Shown: positions 55,889 to 64,000 of the stretch, piece by piece
Layout of the letters: each line of letters starts with the position of its first letter
Position numbering within the stretch: position 1 is the first letter of the stretch
Assembly: GCA_029265435.1 (NCBI GenBank)
Contig: JAJUJH010000001.1
Location: forward strand, 484 to 64,483
DNA: 64,000 nucleotides
Direction: 5' to 3'
From: Clostridiales bacterium
GTDB lineage: Bacteria > Bacillota > Clostridia > Christensenellales > SZUA-584
Translations under genes and position numbers: made by a program
The notes under the pieces: model-generated
Databases searched by the model: none
What the model was told of the DNA's origin: nothing
What the model saw: only the letters and a program-made list of their open reading frames with translations

Positions 55889-55917
55889 TTGACCAAGTGA
55901 CGGTATGCGCCTACAAT
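55889..55917 (+). promoter_or_regulatory. Promoter of the MATE gene (TTGACC-17 nt-TACAAT)
   Basis: -35 at 55889-55894 and -10 at 55912-55917, about 85 nt before the ATG at 56003. Confidence 0.5.
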
Positions 55918-56002
55918 AATACTTTGTGTGAAAAATAACGAAAAGGCTGTGTGCGGCTCGAGGGGCGTTCTTTTGGGCTGCGGGCTTTAAGATGACGCAA
56001 CA

Positions 56003-57415
56003 ATGAAATTCGGCATATTCAAACAAAACATCGGCGAACGGCGCAACATGATTGTCAGCGGGCCGATTCCAAAGACCATACTGCTGCTTTCGATGCCCAC
56101 GCTGCTGATGGGCATTGTGCAGGCGCTTCTGCCCGTTATCGACGGGCTTTATATCAACAACATCGCGGGTACAGCCGCCGCCGGCGCCGTGACATTCTGC
56201 GTACCGATCATCGGTATGATTGCGGGGCTGGGGCAGGGTCTCGGTTCGGCGGGCATGGCCATGATTGGTCAGGCCAACGGCAGGAAGGATTTCTGCCAAG
56301 GCCGCCGCATTGCGGTGCAGCTTGTGGTGTTTTCCGCAACGCTGGGTGTGGCGCTTGCGCCTGTGCTTATTGCGCTTGCTTTTCCCATATCCGCTTCGGT
56401 TGAAAGGACGATCGCCGGAAACGTGTTCACTTATCTTGCCTTCAACGCGCTGCTGATTCCTTTCTCGTTTCTTGAAGCCGTTTATAACGCGCTGAAAAAC
56501 GCCGAAGGAAAGCCGGAAGCGGCTTTTGTACGCATGGTGCTGCTGCTGATGATGAAGGTCGCTTTCAACACGTTGTTTCTAGCGGTTTTCCGTTGGGGCA
56601 TTGTGGGCGCGGTGATGGCGTCGCTGTCGGCAAACGTGCTGATTACCGGATGGATGTATGTGGAACTGTTTGTGCGCCGGGGCGAAAGCCGCCTCTCGCT
56701 TCAGGGCTTCCGTTTCGAGCGTGAAACGGTCGGCGAACTTGTGCGTATCGGGGCGCCGTCCATGCTGTCAAACCTTATACTGTATGCCGGTTTCTATCTT
56801 ATCAACAACGAGGTGCAAAAATACGGGCCGGACGTGCTGAACGGACAGGGTATCGCCAACAATATTTCATCGGTCTGCTTTATCGTTCCTTCGTCTTTCT
56901 CCGCGGCTGTCACGACGATGGTCAGCATGAATGTAGGGGCGGGACGGGGCGAACGCGCTCGCACCGTGACGTGGACCGGCAGCTTGATGAGCGCCGTTAC
57001 GGCCGCCTTTCTCATTGCTCTGATCGTGCCTTTATCGTCGTCGCTGACCGTGATGTTCACGCGTGAAGCCGGCGTGCTGGACGTCGCCAATAAAGCGCTG
57101 CATATCTATACCTATTCCGTTGTGGGCTTTGGCGTCTGCATGACGCAGCTTGGTGCGTTTACCGGCCTTGGGCGCACGCGCGTCACAATGGTGATCAGCC
57201 TGCTTCGCATCTGGCTGCTGCGGTATCTGTTTATATTGCTTACGGAAAAATCTCTGGGCGTTTACGCGGTGTTCTGGGGAAACCTTTTTTCCAACTATAC
57301 GGCCGTTGCCATCACGACAATACTGGTGCTCCGCGTCAAATGGAAAACGGTCACGCCGCTGGCCGAACGCATTCCCCGCGCCATCCGTTCCGAAAAGCAG
57401 TCTCATGCGGCTTAA
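56003..57415 (+). CDS. MATE-family efflux transporter
   Basis: 470 aa, 12 predicted TM helices, N-terminal PIPKTILLLSMPTLLMGIVQAL typical of MATE/NorM-like pumps. Confidence 0.85.
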   Translation: MKFGIFKQNIGERRNMIVSGPIPKTILLLSMPTLLMGIVQALLPVIDGLYINNIAGTAAAGAVTFCVPIIGMIAGLGQGLGSAGMAMIGQANGRKDFCQGRRIAVQLVVFSATLGVALAPVLIALAFPISASVERTIAGNVFTYLAFNALLIPFSFLEAVYNALKNAEGKPEAAFVRMVLLLMMKVAFNTLFLAVFRWGIVGAVMASLSANVLITGWMYVELFVRRGESRLSLQGFRFERETVGELVRIGAPSMLSNLILYAGFYLINNEVQKYGPDVLNGQGIANNISSVCFIVPSSFSAAVTTMVSMNVGAGRGERARTVTWTGSLMSAVTAAFLIALIVPLSSSLTVMFTREAGVLDVANKALHIYTYSVVGFGVCMTQLGAFTGLGRTRVTMVISLLRIWLLRYLFILLTEKSLGVYAVFWGNLFSNYTAVAITTILVLRVKWKTVTPLAERIPRAIRSEKQSHAA

Positions 57416-57420
57416 CCGGT

Positions 57421-58308
57421 TTATGCGGCGCAACGGCTGAAAAAGTCAAGGATCAGTTCGTTAGCGTCAAAGCCGGCGGTTTGAATTTGCGGCCACGAAT
57501 GACCGCCGCCTTCGATCTCAACATACCAGACAAGAGCGCGGTTCTTTTTGCTCGAATATCGGTAAACCTTCGCTTTATCGGAAAGCGAGGCCTGTTCAAA
57601 TTCATCAAGGCCGTTCGCGTTCCTCCAGTATTCGATGACGCCCCCGATGGCGGGAGCGTTTCCGTAATCGCTCTCTCCGGTGCCGAGCGGGACCACGGTA
57701 TCGGCCGTGCCGTTTATCTGAAGTATGCTGACCGACGCTGAAACGGGCCTTTCGTCCCACGCGCCGCCGCTCATTGCTCCGGAAACGCTGGCGACCGCCC
57801 TGAACGTATCCGGCGCTTCGCATGCGAGCTTGTACATCATAAAAGCACCGTTGCTGAATCCGGCGGCAAATGCTGCGTCTTTCCGAAATCCGTATTTTTG
57901 CTGAAGATGCTTAGCCAGCGCTTTAAGGAATCCTGCGTCGTCGTTGGCGGCGTTTGTCAAGCCCGAATTCCAGCATGCTCCGCCCGCAATGTGTGTTTTT
58001 TCGGTAAGGCCCTGCGGGTAAACCACGGCATAGCCGTATCGGCCGGCGGTTTTGTTCATGCCTGTTGAAGCCATGAAGCCTTTGGCGCTGTCCGCGTATC
58101 CGTGCAGCATAAATACGAGCGGTATGTTTCCGCTCTGCGCCTCGGGGATATACAGACAGTACTTCCGCTGAATCCCATTGTATTCGCATATATAGTATCC
58201 GTTTTCGTCAGGGCCGGATATGTCCGTGACTGTGGCTGCCGCCTGCGGTTCACAGCCGCAGACGAGAAACAAAACAAGAGCAATCAATGTGCAAATCCGT
58301 TTCACCAT
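57421..58308 (-). CDS. Secreted esterase lipoprotein (PHB-depolymerase / LpqC-type alpha/beta hydrolase)
   Basis: ATG at 58308 gives MVKRICTLIALVLFLVCGC (lipobox). LVFMLHGY..., nucleophile elbow GFSNGAFM, C-terminal GGHSWP. Confidence 0.75.
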   Translation of the reverse strand: MVKRICTLIALVLFLVCGCEPQAAATVTDISGPDENGYYICEYNGIQRKYCLYIPEAQSGNIPLVFMLHGYADSAKGFMASTGMNKTAGRYGYAVVYPQGLTEKTHIAGGACWNSGLTNAANDDAGFLKALAKHLQQKYGFRKDAAFAAGFSNGAFMMYKLACEAPDTFRAVASVSGAMSGGAWDERPVSASVSILQINGTADTVVPLGTGESDYGNAPAIGGVIEYWRNANGLDEFEQASLSDKAKVYRYSSKKNRALVWYVEIEGGGHSWPQIQTAGFDANELILDFFSRCAA

Positions 58309-58407
58309 CGAAATTCTCCAGAAAAACAAGCTTATCATTAAGAATCCGGCGCTTCCGGGCATGGAAAAGAAGCCTTCAGTCTCTCCGCAGCGCGACAAAA
58401 GGCGGCA

Positions 58408-59658
58408 TTAATTCGGCCGGATGTCTAAATCTTTGAGCCGTTTGAGCCATTTGAGAATGCTGCCGTCCTCAAAAAAGCCAAGCAATGCGCCGTCGCAGAA
58501 GCGCTCCGCTCGTACGGCTCCCATCATAAGAGCAAGAATACATGGCTCTCCCAATGATTCTGCATTGGCTTCCCGCATTGGCCTAGCGCCCCATTCAAGG
58601 CCGTTTTTTTTGAGTATTTCGCTGTAGCGGTCAAGCGAATATTCGGGGTGCGACTCGTGAAACTGATACAACTCTGTTGCAAAAGCGCGAACCAGTCTGT
58701 CATAGCTGACATGCGGCCATTGCGTCGGATGTTCACTCGTTCCATCGTTTTTTTGGTCAAAAATCCATTTGCCGTATGAATCGGATTCCGTGATTCTTTC
58801 GATATATTTTGTAAGAACCTTAAACCTCTCTCTCCCCTCGGCATACAGCGCCGACCATTCGTCATAAATCGCTCTAAGGCCGCCGTCCAAATAGGATAAC
58901 GCTTTGTTTCCGATTTCGTCCGGCACGCCATAATACGCTTCCGCAATGGCGCCCGTTATGGCCGCGATCGTGTCGCTGTCGCCGCCGAGCGAAACCGCCG
59001 TACGGATAGCGTCTTCAAAGGACGTCGCTTCAAGAAAGCATTCAATGGCTTGAGGCACGGTTTCCTGACAGGTTTCGTTGAAGCGGTACGCCCCCCTTAT
59101 CTGATCGATTGTAAAATCCAACGGGTAATACTCGTTTGTGATGTGGTCACGGATTTCTTCTTTCAGTGCGCCGCGCCGCGCCAAATAAATGGCGACAGCT
59201 GTGGCCTGCGCGCCTTTTATTCCCTCCGCGTGATCATGGGTGACTTCGGTGACCGCCCTTGCGATGTCAAGCGCGTTCTGCTTGCTGTGCGCGGCAAATC
59301 CGGCTGGACTGACGCGCATCGCCGCACCGTTCCCAAAGCTGTGATACGGTTGTGGAGCATCGCTGAACACCCAGTTGTAAAACATGCCGCCGAAACCGCA
59401 GTTTGGATACCTGCGACCGATTTCCTGCATATATTTGACCGTCAGGTTGCGGAGCGTATCCAAAAATTCCGCCTCGCCGTGCCTGCCGTCGCTTGGATGG
59501 ATCTTGCGCGCTTCGATTATCGCCTTTGCCACCGCAAGCGTCATGATGCTGTCGTCCGTCGCGAAGCAGCCCTCCGCAAACAAGTCGAAATCCTTGCGGC
59601 GATGGTTATTGAATTCAAAACGTGACCCGACAATGTCTCCGATAATGGCGCCAAGCAT
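58408..59658 (-). CDS. ADP-ribosylglycohydrolase-family protein with an uncharacterised C-terminal extension of about 130 aa
   Basis: MLGAIIGDIVGSRFEF...ATDDSIMTLAVA...GNGAAMRVSP...GGDSDTIAAITGAIAEAYYG, then a distinct C-terminal domain (WPHVSYDRLVRAF...CILALMMGAVRAERFCDGALL). Confidence 0.8.
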   Translation of the reverse strand: MLGAIIGDIVGSRFEFNNHRRKDFDLFAEGCFATDDSIMTLAVAKAIIEARKIHPSDGRHGEAEFLDTLRNLTVKYMQEIGRRYPNCGFGGMFYNWVFSDAPQPYHSFGNGAAMRVSPAGFAAHSKQNALDIARAVTEVTHDHAEGIKGAQATAVAIYLARRGALKEEIRDHITNEYYPLDFTIDQIRGAYRFNETCQETVPQAIECFLEATSFEDAIRTAVSLGGDSDTIAAITGAIAEAYYGVPDEIGNKALSYLDGGLRAIYDEWSALYAEGRERFKVLTKYIERITESDSYGKWIFDQKNDGTSEHPTQWPHVSYDRLVRAFATELYQFHESHPEYSLDRYSEILKKNGLEWGARPMREANAESLGEPCILALMMGAVRAERFCDGALLGFFEDGSILKWLKRLKDLDIRPN

Positions 59659-60165
59659 AATAATCCTCCTTTTACTACGGTTTGCATGGGATTCATTTGC
59701 GAAAAGTTTCAGCTTTTGTCTCCCGATAACCGCATTTAATTGAATTGTATCATATGACTATACTTCCGCCCCGTTTTTTTGTGCAATATGGTAATGCTGT
59801 TGAGATTGAAAATCCGCTGTTTTGCAGACAGTTTCAGCATTAGGACTTTGCATTTCTTTTATCTTCCGGGACGGAGGTTTTGTCCTTGTCTATCCGGTTT
59901 CCGATGGCGTTAAATGTGATTCCGTGATGCAGGCATTCCTGTATTTTAATACAGCCATTTCAAGTATGATGTTTGTTTTATGTTTGTCGCGGCCTCCTCC
60001 TAGAAATTTCCCATGCTTAATTCTACAGGATGACGCTTCAATCCTGCATCTTTATCCGCTATGGATATACTACGTGCATTAACTTCATTTAACGATTTAA
60101 TTAAATTAAGAAAAACATGCTTGAATTATACATATATTGAGCGTATTATGGGACAAAAAGGGTGA

Positions 60166-60423
60166 TATGATTATTCGCAAGCGTTAAAACAACGGGAATG
60201 TGCCCCTGCGACACAAAATCTTGATTTTCTTGATAAGCTTGAAGGCGATCACATTTTAGGCTTGATAAGAGAGATTTTTAACGGATCAGTAGTATGGGTG
60301 ATTAAATTCACATTAAGAACAAGTTGGGGTGAAGTCGATAGCATTTTTAATCCACTGGTTAATATGAGAATTGATGCTATGACAGGTGAAATAATTGAAG
60401 CAATCTCAACTGACGGCGATTGA
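60166..60423 (+). pseudogene. Start-less open frame whose end resembles a PepSY-like domain (possible gene remnant)
   Basis: Own translation: ...DHILGLIREIFNGSVVWVIKFTLRTSWGEVDSIFNPLVNMRIDAMTGEIIEAISTDGD*. There is no ATG/GTG/TTG in frame after the upstream stop at 60163-60165. Confidence 0.25.
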
Positions 60424-60578
60424 TAAGGGTTAAGGTTAAAGTATAGGCAATAGGATTTCAAGCGCTTTGCAACATTGATGAGCACTTTTCACTGTTAAAT
60501 TTGCTGGAAAATGTATGGTTTTTATATTTAAGCATATCCTTAAAAAGCTATCTATCGGGATTAACGGAAAAGGAGCGT

Positions 60579-61559
60579 ATGATGAAAAGAAGTAATTTTA
60601 AAAAATATGTTTTATCTTTTAGTGGTGTAGCTATTATTTTAGTAGGCTTGTTAATAGTGTTACCAATATTAATAAGAGACCAGCAGGAATTATCTTTGCA
60701 GAATGAGGGTGGATCAAAGCAGCCGATCGATGAAGAAATGGCAGCAGGAGGAGATATCAATGAAGAAGCGGCAGTAGGAGAAGATATCTGCGGAACAATA
60801 CCGCTGACAAATCTGATCATAGAGACTGACTATAGAAAGCCCTCTTCACTTTATATTGGTAAACAGTACTCAGTTAGGTTTTCGGAGGAAGATAAAGAGA
60901 CGATAATTAAAAATCTAACGGAGCATGGTTGGAATAATGTTACTGGTAAACTTACGTATTTTGACTCAAAGAATCAGTCTATGTTGAATTTCTTCCAACC
61001 GGAGACATATGATGATTCGAATGACGGGAAAAAGGATGAAAGCAACTTTGCTGCAACAGAGAAGCATATTCAGTTTGCACAAAAATTTCTTGAAGACAGC
61101 GGTATAGTCAAACTACTGCAAGGATATAACATTGAGCTGTCCAACAAGCCATCTGATGAAACGTTCGCAACTGTTTTTTATGCTTATTTTGAAGGGTTTA
61201 GGACAGAAACCTATCTTAGGGTACAATTCTCTCCAGATGGAACATTAGAAGATGCGCAGTTATATGCAGTAGAACTTGAAAAAGCCAATAATACTCATAA
61301 TGTTTTATCTCTTGAAGAGGCCATAAAAAATGCTTTTTATTCCAGCGAAAGTACAAACATTGGTGATGACGAATATTTGATAACAGGTGTTAATGTAATA
61401 TATAAAAGTGGATTCCCGTTTTATGAGCTGAAATTGAAAAGCAACAAGAACAATATGGTTATGGACGGATACGCACTTGCTGTAGATTATAACGAAATAA
61501 AGGACGATAAAGAATTAAGTATCGCATTTGAAAGCTTAAAGCAAAAAAGCATATGGTAA
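60579..61559 (+). CDS. Hypothetical signal-anchored extracytoplasmic protein (326 aa), low-GC gene
   Basis: AAAGGAG RBS plus ATG at 60579 (MMKRSNFKKYVLSFSGVAIILVGLLIVLPILI). Acidic linker, Lys/Asn/Glu-rich body. Codon usage differs clearly from the flanking genes. Confidence 0.6.
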   Translation: MMKRSNFKKYVLSFSGVAIILVGLLIVLPILIRDQQELSLQNEGGSKQPIDEEMAAGGDINEEAAVGEDICGTIPLTNLIIETDYRKPSSLYIGKQYSVRFSEEDKETIIKNLTEHGWNNVTGKLTYFDSKNQSMLNFFQPETYDDSNDGKKDESNFAATEKHIQFAQKFLEDSGIVKLLQGYNIELSNKPSDETFATVFYAYFEGFRTETYLRVQFSPDGTLEDAQLYAVELEKANNTHNVLSLEEAIKNAFYSSESTNIGDDEYLITGVNVIYKSGFPFYELKLKSNKNNMVMDGYALAVDYNEIKDDKELSIAFESLKQKSIW

Positions 61560-61572
61560 ATAATTAAAAATG

Positions 61573-61613
61573 ATGCAAGAAAGTGCTTAATTAACCGATG
61601 CGCTTTCTTGCAT
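61573..61613 (+). terminator. 14-bp stem hairpin after the 326-aa gene (weak T-tract), abutting the transposase fragment
   Basis: ATGCAAGAAAGTGC (61573-61586) pairs with GCGCTTTCTTGCAT (61600-61613), followed by TTATAAAAG. Confidence 0.45.
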
Positions 61614-61619
61614 TTATAA

Positions 61620-62060
61620 AAGCAAGTTGCGCGGTTATATAATGAATCGGAAGACCTGCCAAAGATCGCAGAGCGTTTTAGAGAGCGAACAGGCCATTAT
61701 CCGAAGCGGCTGTTGGCGGATAAGATATACCGAACGAGGGATAACCTGTCCTACTGCAAAGAGCATGGTATCAGGCTGTCAGGGCCGCCGCTGGGACGTC
61801 CCAGAAAAGATGAGCCGCGGGATAGAAAGAGCGAATACCGAGACAACTGTGAACGCAATGCCATAGAGGGCTTCTTCGGGACAGGAAAGCGCTCGTATGG
61901 GCTTAATGTCATTATGGCCAAGCTGCAAAATACCTCTGTGACGGTGATCATGGTAGGGATTATGGCCATGAACCTCAAGCGGCTGGTTTTACTGCAATTT
62001 TTGCGTCTGCTTCACAGATGGCCGGAGATGAAGCCAAGACTTTTCCTTTCCGCTGTTTAA
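61620..62060 (+). pseudogene. 5'-truncated DDE transposase gene (IS4/IS5-superfamily-like C-terminal part)
   Basis: The frame is open from 61620: ...RLLADKIYRTRDNLSYCKEHGIRLSGPPLGRP...YRDNCERNAIEGFFGTGKRSYGLNVIMAKL...MAMNLKRL. This has the typical D..(Y)..R...E......K catalytic C-terminal region. There is no N-terminal half and no inverted repeats were seen. Confidence 0.6.
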
Positions 62061-62989
62061 GATGGTTGCGGAGGAAGGCCTAATTAATAAGACAGATTCA
62101 AGATGAAAAGAGGGTTTTATTGCGCTTGAAAGCAAAGAATACTCCTTTTATGATGAATTTTAGGCGGTAAAACACTATGCTTACAATTATATTACATGTC
62201 GTTAATATCTTACTTACTTTAGTCGTAATAATTGCACTGTTTTTCTTGATTCGTTTTTTGAATTCCAAATTAGAAAAATAGGTTGATAGAGTATACGTGA
62301 AGGAGTCATCATAACTTTTCAGGCGAGGTGGTAGATCGCCATTTTAAAAACTTCCGTTCAGGTGCTTCCATCTTACACCCTCTCGGTGGTTTACATAAAA
62401 TTCGGGATGGTCTCTCGGCTTTAGCCATAGCTGTCAGCGGCCTTAAGGAATCAATTCTTTTTTCTTAATTCTTGCATAGTCTTTTTGATGAAGAAAATAC
62501 TTAGATATATACATGCAAAAACGGCAATAACCGTTATTGAATATAAGAGTATGCGCAAAACCGTTATATCTAATTCATTTAAGATAACTAACGGATATAG
62601 CGACTCTGTAGGTATAATTTCTGATGCTGACATTCAAAACCACCGCCTATTCAGTTTCAGTAAGCGACCATACAGTATTAGTGCGCCATTCATGAATATC
62701 CCTCAAAGTTCTCTCAAAAGTTATTATCTTTTTCATTTTGCACCTTAAAGATTTATTATTTCATTAACGAACAATATGCCAACTCGATATCTAACACCTA
62801 TCCGATTTATATCATTAATAGAAATATAAAGCAAATTTGATATCGGCAAGAAAAACAAAGATATACCACGGTACTGACATATATCATTGTGTATTTAAGC
62901 AAAAACCACACATAAACCCGAAATATGAAAATAAAGCAATAAGCTGTCACTGAAAAAACCTTATGCCGGTTGGACTGCGAAGTGCAAAC

Positions 62990-63125
62990 ATTTAGTGAAA
63001 AACCATGTAAACATGGGACTTTCACGCAAAGCGGTGTTTGCATACATCGAAGGATTTTACAATGCGCGCAGGGCTCAAAAGAGGTCAGGCTGACTCACTC
63101 ACAAGCAGCGGCTGAAAATGCTGGA
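62990..63125 (+). pseudogene. Remnant of an rve-type (IS3/IS30/IS481-like) transposase C-terminus, interrupted by a stop
   Basis: Own translation: ...SRKAVFAYIEGFYNARRAQKRSG*, then in another frame LTHSQAAAEN. This resembles the YIE-FYN-R-R-H--LG--(S/T)P motif at the end of integrase-core transposases. Confidence 0.35.
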
Positions 63126-63424
63126 TGGAAGGGTATATTAAACGAACGGCTTAGCAAATTGTCCGAAAAAGTATTGACTTCACCTGCTCAAAAAAGATGA
63201 TCCCTATTGTTGGAGCTGGATTTATAATAGAACTTGAAATGGATGGCATAAAATCGGGCATAGCTTTCGATGAATGTTAAAATAAAATCACAGCCGGAAG
63301 GGGGATGATGGATGATTGGGCGGATAGAGGGTAATTCGGGCAATTTCAAAACACAAATTACGGCAGTTCGACACATTGACCGTTAATGCTCCATATGATA
63401 TGCTTACTCCGTATTGAATATGAA

Positions 63425-63630
63425 CCATCGGGTGCCTTCGGCATAATGGAAAGCGTCGCTTTTCAGACTGCCAATGAAGGATAATAGGGAAAACGGTGAA
63501 ACGCCGTTGCAGCCCCCGCTACCGTATGGCCGACCGTCAGACATTCCGCCACTGAAGCAAACCGCTTTGGGAAGGCGTCTCAAACGGGATGAAGCCAAGC
63601 CGGTAAACCTGCCCGATGCGTAAGAGTCAG
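63425..63630 (+). promoter_or_regulatory. Cobalamin (B12) riboswitch
   Basis: AATAGGGAAAACGGTGAAACGCCGTTGCAGCCCCCGCTACCGTA, GCCACTG, GGGAAGGC, and a B12-box-like GAAGCCAAGCCGGTAAACCTGCC. Confidence 0.8.
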
Positions 63631-63676
63631 ATTTCTTCGGAGGGAAGGATGCAGACGGCCGTTATCATGCGGATTC

Positions 63677-63713
63677 ACGCCTTTAGCATCAGCGCTTCAG
63701 GCGTTTTTATTTT
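63677..63713 (+). terminator. Terminator of the B12 riboswitch expression platform
   Basis: ACGCCT...AGGCGT followed by TTTTTATTTT, about 70 nt before the downstream ATG. Confidence 0.6.
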
Positions 63714-63785
63714 CCGCCCGTTGCGTTTATGCCGGATATCCTCACCTCCGCAGGATAAAGGATCATACAACGGAGGAAAGTAAAG

Positions 63786-64000
63786 ATGAAAAAGACGGTG
63801 TATTTGTTTTTGGCGCTTGCGGCGGCGGCATGCCTGCTTTGCGGCTGTGCGCCGACCGGCGATGCGCAGACGGCTTCGGCGGCTGCGGCGACGCCGGTTC
63901 CCAAAGACATTTTGGACGACAATGTGGATGCGATGGGCAACGAAGTGACGGCGTCGGCGATTCCGGAGGAGGAACTGAGGATTGTTTCGACGGCGCCGAG
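63786..64000 (+). CDS. ABC-transporter periplasmic binding lipoprotein, BtuF/siderophore-type (5' part; runs off the window end)
   Basis: Own translation: MKKTVYLFLALAAAACLLCGCAPTGD...EEELRIVSTAP (lipobox LLCGC; RIVS-AP is typical of the start of class-III SBPs). GGAGGAAAG RBS. Sits behind the B12 riboswitch. Confidence 0.6.
   Translation, partial: MKKTVYLFLALAAAACLLCGCAPTGDAQTASAAAATPVPKDILDDNVDAMGNEVTASAIPEEELRIVSTAP

Noticed and set aside
60249-60485. 78-aa minus-strand ORF, plus the 86-aa plus-strand ORF at 59822-60082
   Set aside because: No RBS and an odd composition. The opposite strand of the first carries the more protein-like (though start-less) PepSY-like frame. Both are probably non-coding parts of the AT-rich island.
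1-64000. Search for CRISPR arrays, tRNA/rRNA genes, prophage or known defence-system genes
   Set aside because: I saw no regularly spaced direct repeats, no tRNA-like or rRNA-like sequences, no integrase, phage structural or cas-like ORFs, and no recognisable restriction, toxin-antitoxin or other named defence genes. The scan was by eye, so short features could have been missed.

Overview
64-kb chromosomal segment from a GC-rich, anaerobic Firmicutes/Clostridia-type genome. Supporting signs are a Cheo-type SOS box, cdaA-cdaR, veg, rpsF-ssb-rpsR, rubredoxin and flavodiiron genes, lipobox lipoproteins and an LPXTG-like sorting signal. I call about 57 protein-coding genes, mostly housekeeping or metabolic:
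- a polar amino-acid ABC importer with two binding proteins
- an MMPL transporter with a secreted coiled-coil partner
- lplA, tag, hisC, cysK, cdaA-cdaR, tandem family-4 UDGs and tkt
- an ApbE / NusG-II / Gx-transporter operon
- a TetR plus heterodimeric ABC exporter
- a DUF1858-rubredoxin-flavodiiron oxidative-stress cluster
- malQ-glgP, a UvrD-type helicase, a MATE pump and others.

Non-coding features read directly from the sequence:
- a c-di-GMP-I riboswitch with terminator in front of a sortase-type adhesin, convergent with a REC-GGDEF cyclase
- a cobalamin riboswitch in front of a BtuF-like lipoprotein
- a perfect LexA box at dinB
- several sigma-A-like promoters, candidate TetR operators and terminators.

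The most unusual signal is a structured 142-151 bp repeat present three times, always on the same strand and always in a convergent intergenic region. Each copy is bracketed by a 24-25 bp direct duplication of the locus-specific terminator hairpin. One internal stem shows a compensatory base change between copies.

Other items worth a second look:
- a radical-SAM enzyme paired with a paralogue that has lost the CxxxCxxC and GGE motifs, in an operon with a TetR
- tandem hairpin-plus-GCCATCTCCCAA modules between the amidase and alkaline phosphatase genes
- an orphan ApbE operon
- an AT-rich island at about 59.7-63.4 kb containing only transposase debris and orphan genes.

No rRNA, tRNA or CRISPR array was seen. 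All calls come from reading the sequence and recalled family signatures. No searches were run, and RNA-element boundaries are approximate.
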